Shown: positions 17,624-28,061 of the stretch, piece by piece
Position numbering within the stretch: position 1 is the first letter of the stretch
Layout: each line of letters starts with the position of its first letter
The notes under the pieces: model-generated
The model's input: only the letters and a program-made list of their open reading frames with translations
Database searches by the model: none
What the model was told of the DNA's origin: nothing
Assembly: GCA_017517325.1 (NCBI GenBank)
Contig: JAFWZW010000024.1
Location: forward strand, 20,092-84,091
Direction: 5' to 3'
Length of the DNA: 64,000 nucleotides
Source of the DNA: Clostridia bacterium
GTDB lineage: Bacteria; Bacillota; Clostridia; Oscillospirales; SIG627
Translations under genes and position numbers: made by a program

Positions 17624-18064
17624 ATGAAAGTCGTATTAAAAAGTGACGTAAAAGGACAGGGTAAAAAAGGACAGATCATCAACGTATCCGACGGATACGC
17701 CCGTAATTTTCTATTTCCCAAGGGACTTGCCGCACCGGCAGACGCCAAGGCAGAAAACGAACTGAAGAACCAGATCTCCTCTCAGGAATACAAGGCGAAG
17801 GTGGATCTGGAAAACGCAAAAGAAATGAAAGAAAAGCTTGAGAAGATCGAAGTGCGAGCAAAGGCAAGCGCCGGTGCCGACGGCAAGATCTACGGAAGCA
17901 TCACCAACGCTCACGTTTCCGAGCTTCTGGCCAGCCAGCACGGCATTAAGATCGACAAAAGAAAGATCAGTCTGGACGCCGTTAAAAACTTCGGCACCTT
18001 CCACGCCGATATCAAGCTTTCCTCCGGCATCAGCGCAGAGCTGAAAGTGATCGTGGAGCAATAA
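17624..18064 (+). CDS. rplI: 50S ribosomal protein L9
   Basis: [36 protein letters not shown]; AAGGAG RBS. Confidence 0.97.
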   Translation: MKVVLKSDVKGQGKKGQIINVSDGYARNFLFPKGLAAPADAKAENELKNQISSQEYKAKVDLENAKEMKEKLEKIEVRAKASAGADGKIYGSITNAHVSELLASQHGIKIDKRKISLDAVKNFGTFHADIKLSSGISAELKVIVEQ

Positions 18065-18080
18065 AGAAAGGGATTCCCTC

Positions 18081-19463
18081 ATGGATAAAAACACGAAGCC
18101 TTCCATTGGCGCACTTTTAGGGCGACAACCTCCCTACTCGGTAGAAAACGAGCAGGCGCTTTTGGGTGCACTCATTTTGGACAATGAGAAACTGGGTGAC
18201 GTTTCCTCCGTGCTCAACGCGCAGGATTTTTACTTTGAAAAGCACGAAAAGATCTATAGCGCTCTCATTGAGCTTTCACTGCAAAACCGCGGGGTAGACG
18301 TGGTCACCCTTCTTTCCCTTTTGGTGCAGAAGGGGGTATACACGGAGGAGCAGGGCGCTTCCTACATTCGCCAGTTGGCAGAGAACGTTCCCTCCCTTTC
18401 CAATATTATGGACTATGCCACCATCATCCACGAAAAGGCTCTTTTGCGTGCATTGATCCACGCGGCAGAGGAGATCATGGAGGAGGCGTACGATCAGCAC
18501 GGCGAGCCTAACAAGATCATCGACAGTGCCCAGCAAAAGATCTTTAACCTGACTCAGGGTGTTGCTAAGCACGATTTTTCCAAGCTGGACGAGATCATTC
18601 AGCAGTTTTACATTGAATTGAAGGAAATCAGCTCCGGTAATGAGAACACCAAGACCATCAAGACCTATTTCGGGGATATTGACCGTGTACTGGTGGGTAT
18701 GAACCCCGGCGATCTGGTGCTCATCGGCGCCCGACCCGGTATGGGTAAAACCAGTTTCGTTATGAACATTGCCGCCGAGGTGGCGAAACGGAGAAAGGAT
18801 AAATCCGTTGCTATCTTCTCTATGGAAATGTCCAAGACCCAGCTTGCCTCCCGTTTGCTTTCCTCCGAAGGAAAGATCGAAAGCAGAAAACTGCGTGACG
18901 GGCAATTGGAGGAGGAGGATCTGGCAAAGCTGGCGGAAGCCGCCGTTGCTCTTTCTCAAACCAATATTTATATTGACGAATCCGGTAATCTTTCCCCTAT
19001 GGAAATGAGAACCAAGCTCCGCCGCATTCCCAACCTTGGGCTGGTGGTGGTGGACTATCTGCAGCTTATGAACTCCGACGACAAGAAAAAGCGTGATAAC
19101 CGCGTGCTTGAGGTGGGTGATATTACCCGTAACCTGAAGATCATGGCGAAGGATCTTGGCTGTCCCATTATGCTTTGCTCCCAGCTTTCCCGTATTGCTC
19201 AGGATCGAAAGGACAAGCGCCCTCAGCTTACGGACCTTCGTGAATCCGGTGCCATTGAGCAGGATGCCGACGTCGTTCTCTTTTTGCACAGAGAGTTTTA
19301 CTACAACCACGACCCCGCCATCGAAAACGAGGCGGAATGCATTGTTTCCAAAAACCGTCACGGTTCCACGGAAGATATCAAAATGGGTTGGAACGGTAAA
19401 TACACGCTGTTCTTCCCTCTGGAGCACCGCTACGATCAGATGGCGCCTCCCCCTGAAGCATGA
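18081..19463 (+). CDS. dnaB: replicative DNA helicase
   Basis: PPYSVENEQALLG, Walker A GARPGMGKT, VVDYLQLM, SQLSR, DLRESGAIEQDAD, KNRHG. Confidence 0.97.
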   Translation: MDKNTKPSIGALLGRQPPYSVENEQALLGALILDNEKLGDVSSVLNAQDFYFEKHEKIYSALIELSLQNRGVDVVTLLSLLVQKGVYTEEQGASYIRQLAENVPSLSNIMDYATIIHEKALLRALIHAAEEIMEEAYDQHGEPNKIIDSAQQKIFNLTQGVAKHDFSKLDEIIQQFYIELKEISSGNENTKTIKTYFGDIDRVLVGMNPGDLVLIGARPGMGKTSFVMNIAAEVAKRRKDKSVAIFSMEMSKTQLASRLLSSEGKIESRKLRDGQLEEEDLAKLAEAAVALSQTNIYIDESGNLSPMEMRTKLRRIPNLGLVVVDYLQLMNSDDKKKRDNRVLEVGDITRNLKIMAKDLGCPIMLCSQLSRIAQDRKDKRPQLTDLRESGAIEQDADVVLFLHREFYYNHDPAIENEAECIVSKNRHGSTEDIKMGWNGKYTLFFPLEHRYDQMAPPPEA

Positions 19464-20890
19464 CCCATTCCCTTTCGGAGCGCTTTGGTGCCTATCACAA
19501 AGAGAGAAACACCTTCCGCAAAGGGGAGACTCTTTTGGTTGCCCTTTCCGGTGGAAAGGATTCCGTTTGCCTTTTGCACCTTTTGAAGACGTGGCAGGAA
19601 AGATTCGGCTATAAGCTGGCAGCTTGCCACGTGAATCACAAGATCCGCGGGGAAGAAGCCTTGCGTGACCTTGCCTTCTGCCAAAGGCTATGCAAGGAGC
19701 TTGATATACCGTTTGTTCCGGAAGAAACGGACGTGCCCGCTTTTTGCGCAGAAAACGGTTTCGGTATAGAAGAAGGTGCGCGGCTTGAGCGGTATCGCCT
19801 TTTGCGGCAGGCGTCTCGGCGTTTTGAGCGTTGCCGCATCGTTACGGCGCACTCTGCTTCCGATCAGGCAGAAACGGTTTTGTTCCGCGTGATCCGCGGA
19901 ACGGGACTTTTAGGTGCCTGCGGGATCCCCGAGGAACGGGACGGGATCCTTCGTCCCTTGCTCCCTTTTCACAAGGAAGAGATTCTGGAATTTATAGAAA
20001 ACCGTCAGATCCCGTTCACAGAAGATTCAACCAATTCCGATATACTGTATACGAGAAACCGTTTGAGAAACGAAGTGTTCCCGATGTTGGAGGAGATCAA
20101 CCCTGCAGCGGAAAAAGCGCTTGTGTGCTTTGGAAGGATCGCTTCCTCTCACAGAGCCCTCACCCGCGCACTTTGCGATTTGTGGCAAGAGAAAACGGGT
20201 GTTGATCCTTTTTCAAAAAAGGTTTCACTTTCGGCACTGGCTCCCCTTTTGCACGACGAAGCGGGAATCCCTTTGCTTTACGAATTTTTCACGCGCATGG
20301 CGCAAAGCGAAAATATTACCATTGATTTTGACCGTTTTTCCCATTTGGTTTCGTTATTAAAATGCCCAGCTGAGGGTAAAATAATCGAAATCTCCTCTTC
20401 TTTTGTTTTCACAATTTGCGGCGGTATGCTTGTTTTTCAAAAGTATGAAAACAAAGACATTCGCATAGAGTACAAAAGAGAGATGAAAACGGGAGAAAAC
20501 AAGCTTTGCGAGCTTGGACAGATCCTTTTGATTTCAGAGGAAAAGCCTGAAAAAAATACAAATATTAACAAAAAGCACTTGATTATTCATATGGCTTCCG
20601 ATAGAATAGAAGGAGCACTTTTTGCCAGAAATTTCCTGCCGGGTGACAAGATCACCATGTACGGAATGACAAAAAGCATCAAGAAGCTTCTGTGTGATGC
20701 CGGGATCCCTATGGATCTGCGCCGTCATATTCCTTTGATCTGCGACGAAAAAAAGGTGCTATGGCTTCCCTTTATCGGTCTTTGCGACAAGGCAAGGCCT
20801 GAGGAAGCGAAGAGGCACGTTACCCTTTCCCTTTCCGGGGGAAGGCTGGATGAGATCACCTCTGCATTAAGATCGAAGAACCAAAATTGA
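19460..20890 (+). CDS. tilS: tRNA(Ile)-lysidine synthetase
   Basis: PP-loop ALSGGKDS, AHSASDQAET, RPLL, RNRLR; ATGA overlap with dnaB. Confidence 0.93.
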   Translation: MTHSLSERFGAYHKERNTFRKGETLLVALSGGKDSVCLLHLLKTWQERFGYKLAACHVNHKIRGEEALRDLAFCQRLCKELDIPFVPEETDVPAFCAENGFGIEEGARLERYRLLRQASRRFERCRIVTAHSASDQAETVLFRVIRGTGLLGACGIPEERDGILRPLLPFHKEEILEFIENRQIPFTEDSTNSDILYTRNRLRNEVFPMLEEINPAAEKALVCFGRIASSHRALTRALCDLWQEKTGVDPFSKKVSLSALAPLLHDEAGIPLLYEFFTRMAQSENITIDFDRFSHLVSLLKCPAEGKIIEISSSFVFTICGGMLVFQKYENKDIRIEYKREMKTGENKLCELGQILLISEEKPEKNTNINKKHLIIHMASDRIEGALFARNFLPGDKITMYGMTKSIKKLLCDAGIPMDLRRHIPLICDEKKVLWLPFIGLCDKARPEEAKRHVTLSLSGGRLDEITSALRSKNQN

Positions 20891-20927
20891 AACAAGAAAT
20901 CCTCGTTAAGGAGATAACAATATCGAA

Positions 20928-22940
20928 ATGAAAAAAAGCAATTTTAAAGTCATTCTTTTTTACGCCATTCTGATCTTGCTGGTCATTTTGGTTTCCAGCT
21001 CCCTGTTTAATCTCACGGGGCGGGAGGAGATCAAGACCAGTGATATCATTGCTATGTTCGAAAAGGATCAGGTGAAAAGCTTTACCGTTTCCCCTTCGGG
21101 AGAGCTTTCCATCGTGACTACGGATAACAAGACCGTTCTTTTTGAGCTGCAAAGCATTGACGATTTCCGCGAAGACGTGCAGGAATACGTAGAAAAGAAC
21201 AAAAAGAAGGAAGACGGAAGCGGCGGTAATCTGGAGAAATTCCACTACGAGCCCGTGACCAATTACCCTTGGTGGGTCAGCCTTCTTCCCTACGTGCTCA
21301 TTCTGGCGGTATTCATCGGGCTTTGGTTCTACGCTATGAATCAGGCTACCGGCGGCAAGGGCGGAAGGATCAATTCCTTCGGAAAAGCCAAAGCAAAGCT
21401 CGGTGCCGATGAAAAGAAAAAGGTATTCTTTTCCGACGTTGCCGGTGCAGATGAAGAAAAGGAAGAGCTCACCGAGGTGGTCGACTTCCTGAAGAATCCC
21501 GGTAAATTCCAGGATCTTGGCGCAAGGATCCCCCGCGGTGTTCTTTTGGTGGGTCCTCCCGGTACCGGTAAGACCCTTCTTGCAAAAGCCGTTGCAGGGG
21601 AGGCAGGTGTTCCCTTTTACTCCATTTCCGGCTCTGATTTCGTTGAAATGTACGTAGGCGTGGGTGCCTCCCGTGTCAGAGATCTGTTTGAAAACGCAAA
21701 GAAAAACGCGCCCAGTATTATCTTTATTGACGAGATCGACGCCGTAGGCCGTCACAGAGGCGCAGGTCTCGGCGGTGGACACGACGAACGTGAACAGACC
21801 CTGAACCAGCTTCTGGTTGAGATGGATGGCTTCGGCTCCAATGAAGGCGTGATCGTGATGGCGGCAACCAACCGCCCCGACATTCTGGACCCCGCTTTGC
21901 TCCGTCCCGGCCGTTTCGACCGTCAGGTTACGGTGAACTACCCCGATATCAAGGGCAGAGAAGCGATTTTGCACGTACACGCAAAGAACAAACCCTTTGA
22001 GGAAGACGTAAACCTGAATACCTTGGCTAAATCCACTCCCGGCTTTACCGGTGCGGATCTTGCCAACCTTTTAAACGAGGCGGCGCTCCTTGCCGCAAGA
22101 AAGGGCAAAAAGCTCATCGGTACCACCGAGCTTGAAGAGGCTACCATCAAGGTGATCGTAGGCCCCCAGAAGAAGAGTAAGGTTATTTCCGAAAAGGATA
22201 AAAAGCTGACTGCATTCCACGAAGCGGGCCACGCCATTGTGACTCATTTTCTTCCCACGCAGGATAAGGTTCACCAGATCTCCATTATTCCCTCCGGAAG
22301 AGCCGGCGGCTACACCCTTTCCCTTCCCAACGAGGATAAGAGCTATTCCTCCAAGCTGGAAATGGAAGAGGAGATCGTTTCCCTTCTGGGTGGCAGAGTG
22401 GCAGAGAAATTGATTCTTGGTGATATTTCCACCGGCGCTTCCAACGATATTCAGCGCGCCACCAACATTGCCCGCGATATGATTACCAAATACGGTATGA
22501 GCGAAAAGCTCGGTCCCGTGGTGTACGGAAGCGGAAACGGCGAAGTATTCCTTGGCAGAGACTTCAGCAACACTCCCAACTATTCCGAAAAGGTTGCAGC
22601 TTTGATCGACGAAGAGACCCTCGCCATTGTAAACGCCGCCTTCGAAAAGGCCACCCTTCTTTTGAAGGAGCACGATGATAAGCTTCACTTCGTTGCAGAA
22701 TTTCTGATGGAGCACGAGGTTATGGATGAAGAGCAATTTGCCGCTTCCATGCTGGAGGGTGCCACCAAGGAGAGCGTTCTGCAGATCAAGGAGGACAAGC
22801 TTCAAAAGAGCATTGATGAGAATGCCAAAAAGCGCGAAGACGATGCACAAAAGCGCGCAAATGATCTGGCTTTAAAGCTGGCAAAAGAGGCTGCAGCCGC
22901 TGCCGCAAAGGAAGAGCAGGATCATAAGGAAGATCAGTAA
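20928..22940 (+). CDS. ftsH: ATP-dependent zinc metalloprotease FtsH
   Basis: Two TMs, [27 protein letters not shown]. Confidence 0.97.
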   Translation: MKKSNFKVILFYAILILLVILVSSSLFNLTGREEIKTSDIIAMFEKDQVKSFTVSPSGELSIVTTDNKTVLFELQSIDDFREDVQEYVEKNKKKEDGSGGNLEKFHYEPVTNYPWWVSLLPYVLILAVFIGLWFYAMNQATGGKGGRINSFGKAKAKLGADEKKKVFFSDVAGADEEKEELTEVVDFLKNPGKFQDLGARIPRGVLLVGPPGTGKTLLAKAVAGEAGVPFYSISGSDFVEMYVGVGASRVRDLFENAKKNAPSIIFIDEIDAVGRHRGAGLGGGHDEREQTLNQLLVEMDGFGSNEGVIVMAATNRPDILDPALLRPGRFDRQVTVNYPDIKGREAILHVHAKNKPFEEDVNLNTLAKSTPGFTGADLANLLNEAALLAARKGKKLIGTTELEEATIKVIVGPQKKSKVISEKDKKLTAFHEAGHAIVTHFLPTQDKVHQISIIPSGRAGGYTLSLPNEDKSYSSKLEMEEEIVSLLGGRVAEKLILGDISTGASNDIQRATNIARDMITKYGMSEKLGPVVYGSGNGEVFLGRDFSNTPNYSEKVAALIDEETLAIVNAAFEKATLLLKEHDDKLHFVAEFLMEHEVMDEEQFAASMLEGATKESVLQIKEDKLQKSIDENAKKREDDAQKRANDLALKLAKEAAAAAAKEEQDHKEDQ

Positions 22941-22987
22941 GTTAACGTTAAAGAAAGGAAAGCCTTATTGGCTTTCGGTGACATATA

Positions 22988-23950
22988 ATGAACATTACAG
23001 TAATCGGTTGTGGACGCTGGGGCTCCTTTATCGGTTGGTATCTGGATCAGATCGGTCATAAGGTTACCTTCTACGGACCTGCCGATACCCCCCATATGCA
23101 GCGCTACCTTGAAACCCGCACCAACGGAATGCTGACCCTCAGAGATTCCATCGGCCTGACCACCGACATCAAAGAAGGGCTTCAGGCAGAGACTGTTGTA
23201 ATCTCCGTTCCCTCCCAATCCTTCCGTGGATTGCTTCACGAGATTTTGGATACCGGCATTGATATTTCCAAAAAGACCTTCATTCTTTGTATGAAGGGAA
23301 TTGAGATCGAAAGCGGAAAGCGCCTTTCTCAGGTATTTGAGGAAGTGGTGGGAGATGAGGTTTCTCTTGCCGTTTGGCTTGGGCCCGGTCATCCCCAGGA
23401 ATTTGTGAAAGGGATTCCCAACTGTATGGTAATCGACAGCCACTCTCAGGAACTGAAGGAAAAGCTGGTGGAGCAATTCAAGGGCCCTCTGATTCGCTTT
23501 TACTACGGTTCCGACCTGATCGGAAACGAGATCGGTGCCGCTGCAAAGAACGTCATCGGTATTGCGGCAGGTGTGCTTGACGGAATTGGCAGAAGTTCCC
23601 TGAAAGGGGCGCTGATGTCCCGCGGGACCCGCGAGATCGCAAGGCTCATTGAGGCCTGCGGCGGTAACGGGCTTTCTGCATACGGTCTTTGCCATTTGGG
23701 CGATTACGAAGCCACCGTCTTTTCAAAATTCAGCCACAACCGCGCCTTCGGTGAAATGTATGCCAAGGGCGAGACCTTCCCTGATCTGGCAGAGGGCTAC
23801 TACACCGCCAAGGCAATTAAACGCCTTGCAGATGAAAAGGGTGTTGAGCTCCCCATTTGCGAAGCCGTTTACGCAATGCTTTACGAAAACGCTTCCATTG
23901 AAGAGAAGTTGGCTGGCTTATTCCTGCGCTCTTTAAAGCAAGAGTTTTAA
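22988..23950 (+). CDS. gpsA: NAD(P)H-dependent glycerol-3-phosphate dehydrogenase
   Basis: GCGRWG, MKGIE, AAKNVIGIAAG, GLCHLGD, SHNRAFG, AEGYYTA. Confidence 0.9.
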   Translation: MNITVIGCGRWGSFIGWYLDQIGHKVTFYGPADTPHMQRYLETRTNGMLTLRDSIGLTTDIKEGLQAETVVISVPSQSFRGLLHEILDTGIDISKKTFILCMKGIEIESGKRLSQVFEEVVGDEVSLAVWLGPGHPQEFVKGIPNCMVIDSHSQELKEKLVEQFKGPLIRFYYGSDLIGNEIGAAAKNVIGIAAGVLDGIGRSSLKGALMSRGTREIARLIEACGGNGLSAYGLCHLGDYEATVFSKFSHNRAFGEMYAKGETFPDLAEGYYTAKAIKRLADEKGVELPICEAVYAMLYENASIEEKLAGLFLRSLKQEF

Positions 23951-23954
23951 TTTT

Positions 23955-23988
23955 AAAAAAATCGGTAAGGTTTACTTACCGATTTTTT
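23955..23988 (+). terminator. intrinsic terminator
   Basis: AAAAAATCGGTAAG-gttta-CTTACCGATTTTTT. Confidence 0.8.
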
Positions 23989-24095
23989 ATTAGAGAAAAA
24001 CTGCAAATAGATTAACGAAAAGGATAAACCCTTTCCCTTGACGCTGTTTTTCGTTTATGTTAGAATAATCCTACTAAGTAATAACGGAGGACGTT

Positions 24096-26330
24096 ATGCA
24101 TCAGTGCGAAATTAAAAACCACAAGGGGATTCCCCGCCTTTTTGTTGACGGAAAACTGACCACCCCTATGTGCTACCAGTTTATGTCAAGCGACCCACGA
24201 ATCCACAATAACATTCCGTTGCCGCCTTTCATGGAAACCGACGAGCAGTTAAGTGCAATGTATGAATCCGGGGTGAAAATGTTTTTTGTGCGCATTGAAT
24301 TCGGTGACCCCGCAGATTTTGAAAGCACGTTCCAAAAGCTTGCCGCATCCATTCGCCAGCTTCGCAAGATCGCACCGGATGCCTATGCACTCCCCTGGCT
24401 GATCATCAGCCCTTACGAGGATTTTTACAGAAAATATCCCAACGACGTTCAAAAATTTGACGACAGTACCGTGGGTGGTTACAACGACAACGCCCACGGA
24501 CGCATGAAGACCGCTGAAGCTCCCCGCCACACCCACGCTTCACTTGCCTGGCGCCACGACACGGCAGGTCACCTTCGGAGACTGGTACGGCGGATCCGCA
24601 GTGAAAAGGATCTTGACGATGCGGTGATCGGTTATTTCTTCTTCCCCCTGCTTCACGAAGCCAACTACTTCACCGATTACGATCAATCCAAAAAGCTTGA
24701 CGATTACAGTGATGCTACGAAACTCGCCTTTCGTAACTATTTGGCTGAAAAATATCTGGGTGACGAGAAGCTTTTGCAAAAGGCCTGGAGGCGTGATAAC
24801 GTTACCTTTGAAACAGCAGAAATGCCGGGCAGAAAAGAGCGTGAAAACGTTGAGGCAGGGCTCTTTTACGATCCTGCCGTATCCCAGCAAGTGATCGATT
24901 TTGCTGAGATCCGCAGCCGCGTTTGGTCTGAGACCCTTGAGTACTTTGCCCGCGCCTGCAAGGAGGAAACACAAAACCGTGCCCTGGTGGGTAGCTTTTG
25001 GGGTTACCTGATGAACGCCAAGACCCTTTGGGGCGGGCAAGGCTATTTCCGAAAGCTCTACGACAGTCCCTTCCTTGATTTTTGGGCAAGCCCCTTCCCC
25101 TACGTGAATAAGAATGCAGGTATGTCCGTCACCGTGCGCGGACTTCAGCGCTCTATGCAGAAGCACGGGAAAATGTTCTTCGCAGAAGTTGACACCACCA
25201 CCTGCACCTCTCACCCCACCCAAAGAAAGCGCCAGGGTATGTATCTGGATCACTCCAGTCAGGATATAGGCGTTGTCAAGCGTGACTTTGCCTACGTTTT
25301 GACGGAAGGTCTGCACGGTTGGTGGATCGACTGGGCCAGCGGTACCGCACTTTATAAGAAGGATCAGCTTCAGCCTGTGGTCAAAGAGATTCAAAGAATT
25401 GCTTCAGAGAGTGCCGAAAAACCGATGGGCAGCATTTCCCCCATTGCCGCATTGGTGGAACAGAACAGTCTGTTCCACGTTCACGATTGCAACAACAACC
25501 TTACCTCCTGCGCCATTCAGCACCCGAGGCTCCACGAGCTCCCTTATCTGGGAACCCCTGTGGATTACTACGAAATGCACGATGCTCTTGACGGCTCCCT
25601 TTCTCACCCCATTCTTATGTTCCTCAACGCATTCTGCTTATCGGATGAAGAGCGGGCAGACATAATGAAATTGAGAAAGCCCGGCAGAGCTATGATCTTC
25701 CAGTATGCACAAGGCTACCTTTCCCCTAACGACCCAACCGCCCACGAAGACAACATTTCCTCCCTTGTGGGAATCAAGGTCAAACGCGGTCCTGCCCTTA
25801 CCTCTCCCAAGATCAAACTTACAAAGGAAGCCGAAGCCTTCGGTATGAAAGAGGGTGACGTGGTAGGTTTCTTTGAAAAACTGATCCGCGGCGGTATTCC
25901 CTTTTCCAGAAACGGTGAGGTACCCTATCTGATAAAAACGGCCGTTCCTAACCCCGCCTTTATCATTGACGATCCCGATGCAACGGTGCTGGGTGTTTAC
26001 GAAGAAAACGGGCTACCCGCCTTTGCTGTAAAGAATATTGAAGGTTGCGACGTATATTATTTCGGCTCTACCGCCTTACCTGCCCGTCTCCTTCGCGCTA
26101 TTTGCCACAGAATGGAGATACCCCTGATCACTCACGAGGACTGCGTGGTATACGCTAATGAAAGTTATTTCGGCATTCACGCCCCCAAGGACGGAGAGTT
26201 TACCCTCCACGTTCCCAAGATGGTGCCCTTCCGCGAGGTCTTCACCGGGGAGCGCTACGAGCCCTGCGACACCATGACCGTAACGGTAAAAAAAGCAGAT
26301 ACTCTTCTATTTGAGTATTTAGAATCATAA
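24096..26330 (+). CDS. cytoplasmic glycoside hydrolase, clan GH-A-like (beta-galactosidase/GH42-related)
   Basis: GIPRLFVDGK start, DYSDATKLAFRNYL..KY..LQKAW motif, candidate catalytic HEANY and FAEVD, GATase-like C-terminal domain; no signal peptide. Confidence 0.7.
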   Translation: MHQCEIKNHKGIPRLFVDGKLTTPMCYQFMSSDPRIHNNIPLPPFMETDEQLSAMYESGVKMFFVRIEFGDPADFESTFQKLAASIRQLRKIAPDAYALPWLIISPYEDFYRKYPNDVQKFDDSTVGGYNDNAHGRMKTAEAPRHTHASLAWRHDTAGHLRRLVRRIRSEKDLDDAVIGYFFFPLLHEANYFTDYDQSKKLDDYSDATKLAFRNYLAEKYLGDEKLLQKAWRRDNVTFETAEMPGRKERENVEAGLFYDPAVSQQVIDFAEIRSRVWSETLEYFARACKEETQNRALVGSFWGYLMNAKTLWGGQGYFRKLYDSPFLDFWASPFPYVNKNAGMSVTVRGLQRSMQKHGKMFFAEVDTTTCTSHPTQRKRQGMYLDHSSQDIGVVKRDFAYVLTEGLHGWWIDWASGTALYKKDQLQPVVKEIQRIASESAEKPMGSISPIAALVEQNSLFHVHDCNNNLTSCAIQHPRLHELPYLGTPVDYYEMHDALDGSLSHPILMFLNAFCLSDEERADIMKLRKPGRAMIFQYAQGYLSPNDPTAHEDNISSLVGIKVKRGPALTSPKIKLTKEAEAFGMKEGDVVGFFEKLIRGGIPFSRNGEVPYLIKTAVPNPAFIIDDPDATVLGVYEENGLPAFAVKNIEGCDVYYFGSTALPARLLRAICHRMEIPLITHEDCVVYANESYFGIHAPKDGEFTLHVPKMVPFREVFTGERYEPCDTMTVTVKKADTLLFEYLES

Positions 26331-26336
26331 ATGAGC

Positions 26337-26373
26337 AAAAAGAAAAAAGCGTTTTCACGCTTTTTTCTTTTTT
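26337..26373. terminator. bidirectional terminator
   Basis: AAAAAGAAAAAAGCGT-tttc-ACGCTTTTTTCTTTTT between convergent genes. Confidence 0.7.
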
Positions 26374-26381
26374 ATTGGGGT

Positions 26382-28049
26382 TCAGTTTTTGCGCTCAACC
26401 GTTACGGTCTCGCCGTTGAGAATGCCGGTGCAAGCACTTATCATCTGCTTCACGTAGTCGCGGTTGATATAGAACTGGCCACTTCCGTTCAAAGAATAGT
26501 ACGCCTTTCTGGCAGTGAGGCCGTAGAAGTCGTAATCGTAAACGGTGCCGTCACGCAGGGTGATCTTCAAGGAAAGAATGGAGGTGGATTCGCCGGGCTG
26601 ATCGGCGTAGCCATCCATCGTGGTAAAGAGGATCGCCTTGTAGAGCTGACGGAAGTTATCGGTTTCCACGTTAATACCGGTGGAGCTCTGCACTTTCAGT
26701 TCATTTTTGGTTCCGGTAAGGGTGAATTTCACGTCCGTACCTTCGTACTTCATTTCCACGGTAGAAACGTTATCAATGGAAACGGCGAAGGAGTGGTTAT
26801 CCATAAAGGTGAGAAGATCCCACTCAACCCAGTCAATGGCTTCTGCTTTAAATTCTACGATACAATCAAAATCGGGAGAGTAGACGTAATAGATATATTC
26901 CTTGGCGCCTTCTTCCCCGCCCTCAACGCTGACCTCAAGCTTTTCGCTGATATAGAGGGTGCAGTTAAATCCGGGGTAGGTATAGGAGATCTCATAGTTC
27001 CATTCTCTGTTCTGATCCATCAGGCTATACAGCGTGAACATTTCGTTGATACTGTCCCGCTGGGCAGGATCCTGCAGGCGTTTGGTAATGCCGTATTCCA
27101 TCACCTCTTCGCCCTTGAAGTTGGTGAAGGTATAGAGCAAAGTCTGCAGATTTTCAGGTGAGGGATAATACCCCTGGGGATTCTCAAACACGTGGGTGAA
27201 AAGCTCACCGTTTTGTTTGTACTCCTCTTCCGTGACCTTTCTTAAGGAAAGGAAATCGGCTCCGTGCTTCTTAATGGAAAGGGTGGACACATCCGTATAA
27301 ACGGATGTGGAAACAGCAGGGCTGACCTGAGGCAGCATAAAGGCTCTTTCATCGGAGAACATGCATCTGCCGACGTTATAGTCATCCGCCAAAATATAGA
27401 CGGCATCTCTTCCCTCCAGCATACAATAGTATCCGGAGCCGGAGAGCACCTGAGAGCCAATGTAAACCGTTTTGGTGATTTCTTTTCCATCGCCATCAAG
27501 GTAGGTAACGGTCATAGTCGCTTTACCGCGATCGGCAAGTCCGTAAGCAGCAAGGTTATCCTTATCGTAACCCACCAGTTCTTGATCTGCCAGCATATAA
27601 CTGGACAGATTCACAAGAGAGGAGGTAATGGGAAGCGCAGAGAGCATATCCTCAAGCTGTTCCTCGGAAAAGCCTTCCTCGTTCCAGGCAGCGTTTTCAT
27701 TATAGAGCATTGCCTCGGCATCGCGAAGATAGTACTTATCATCCTCGCCCTTATAATACTCGTAGCCGCCCTTTTCGTTTTCCACCTTAATGGAGAGAAT
27801 GTTATCCGCCTCAAAGGGATCGATAACGAAGGGCTTTCCGTTTACCATTTTTTCTCCATGATTACCGATGGTGGGCTTTTCGGTCTTGGTATCGTCTTCC
27901 TTGAGAACGGTAAAGAGAAGCACCACGTAAACGGCAACGCAAAGGAGGATCACCCCTGCCGCAATGAGAATAGAGCGGGTGCGCTTATTGCCCCACAATG
28001 CAGAAAAAGAAAACTTCTTCTTTGCCGGGGTCTGTTCTGTTTTATCCAT
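26382..28049 (-). CDS. DUF4340-like membrane-anchored accessory protein of the ABC module
   Basis: One N-terminal TM; NLAAYGL..., VYIGS..SGYY motifs; last gene of a gldA/F/G-like cluster. Confidence 0.75.
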   Translation of the reverse strand: MDKTEQTPAKKKFSFSALWGNKRTRSILIAAGVILLCVAVYVVLLFTVLKEDDTKTEKPTIGNHGEKMVNGKPFVIDPFEADNILSIKVENEKGGYEYYKGEDDKYYLRDAEAMLYNENAAWNEEGFSEEQLEDMLSALPITSSLVNLSSYMLADQELVGYDKDNLAAYGLADRGKATMTVTYLDGDGKEITKTVYIGSQVLSGSGYYCMLEGRDAVYILADDYNVGRCMFSDERAFMLPQVSPAVSTSVYTDVSTLSIKKHGADFLSLRKVTEEEYKQNGELFTHVFENPQGYYPSPENLQTLLYTFTNFKGEEVMEYGITKRLQDPAQRDSINEMFTLYSLMDQNREWNYEISYTYPGFNCTLYISEKLEVSVEGGEEGAKEYIYYVYSPDFDCIVEFKAEAIDWVEWDLLTFMDNHSFAVSIDNVSTVEMKYEGTDVKFTLTGTKNELKVQSSTGINVETDNFRQLYKAILFTTMDGYADQPGESTSILSLKITLRDGTVYDYDFYGLTARKAYYSLNGSGQFYINRDYVKQMISACTGILNGETVTVERKN

Positions 28050-28061
28050 ATTTTACTCCGA

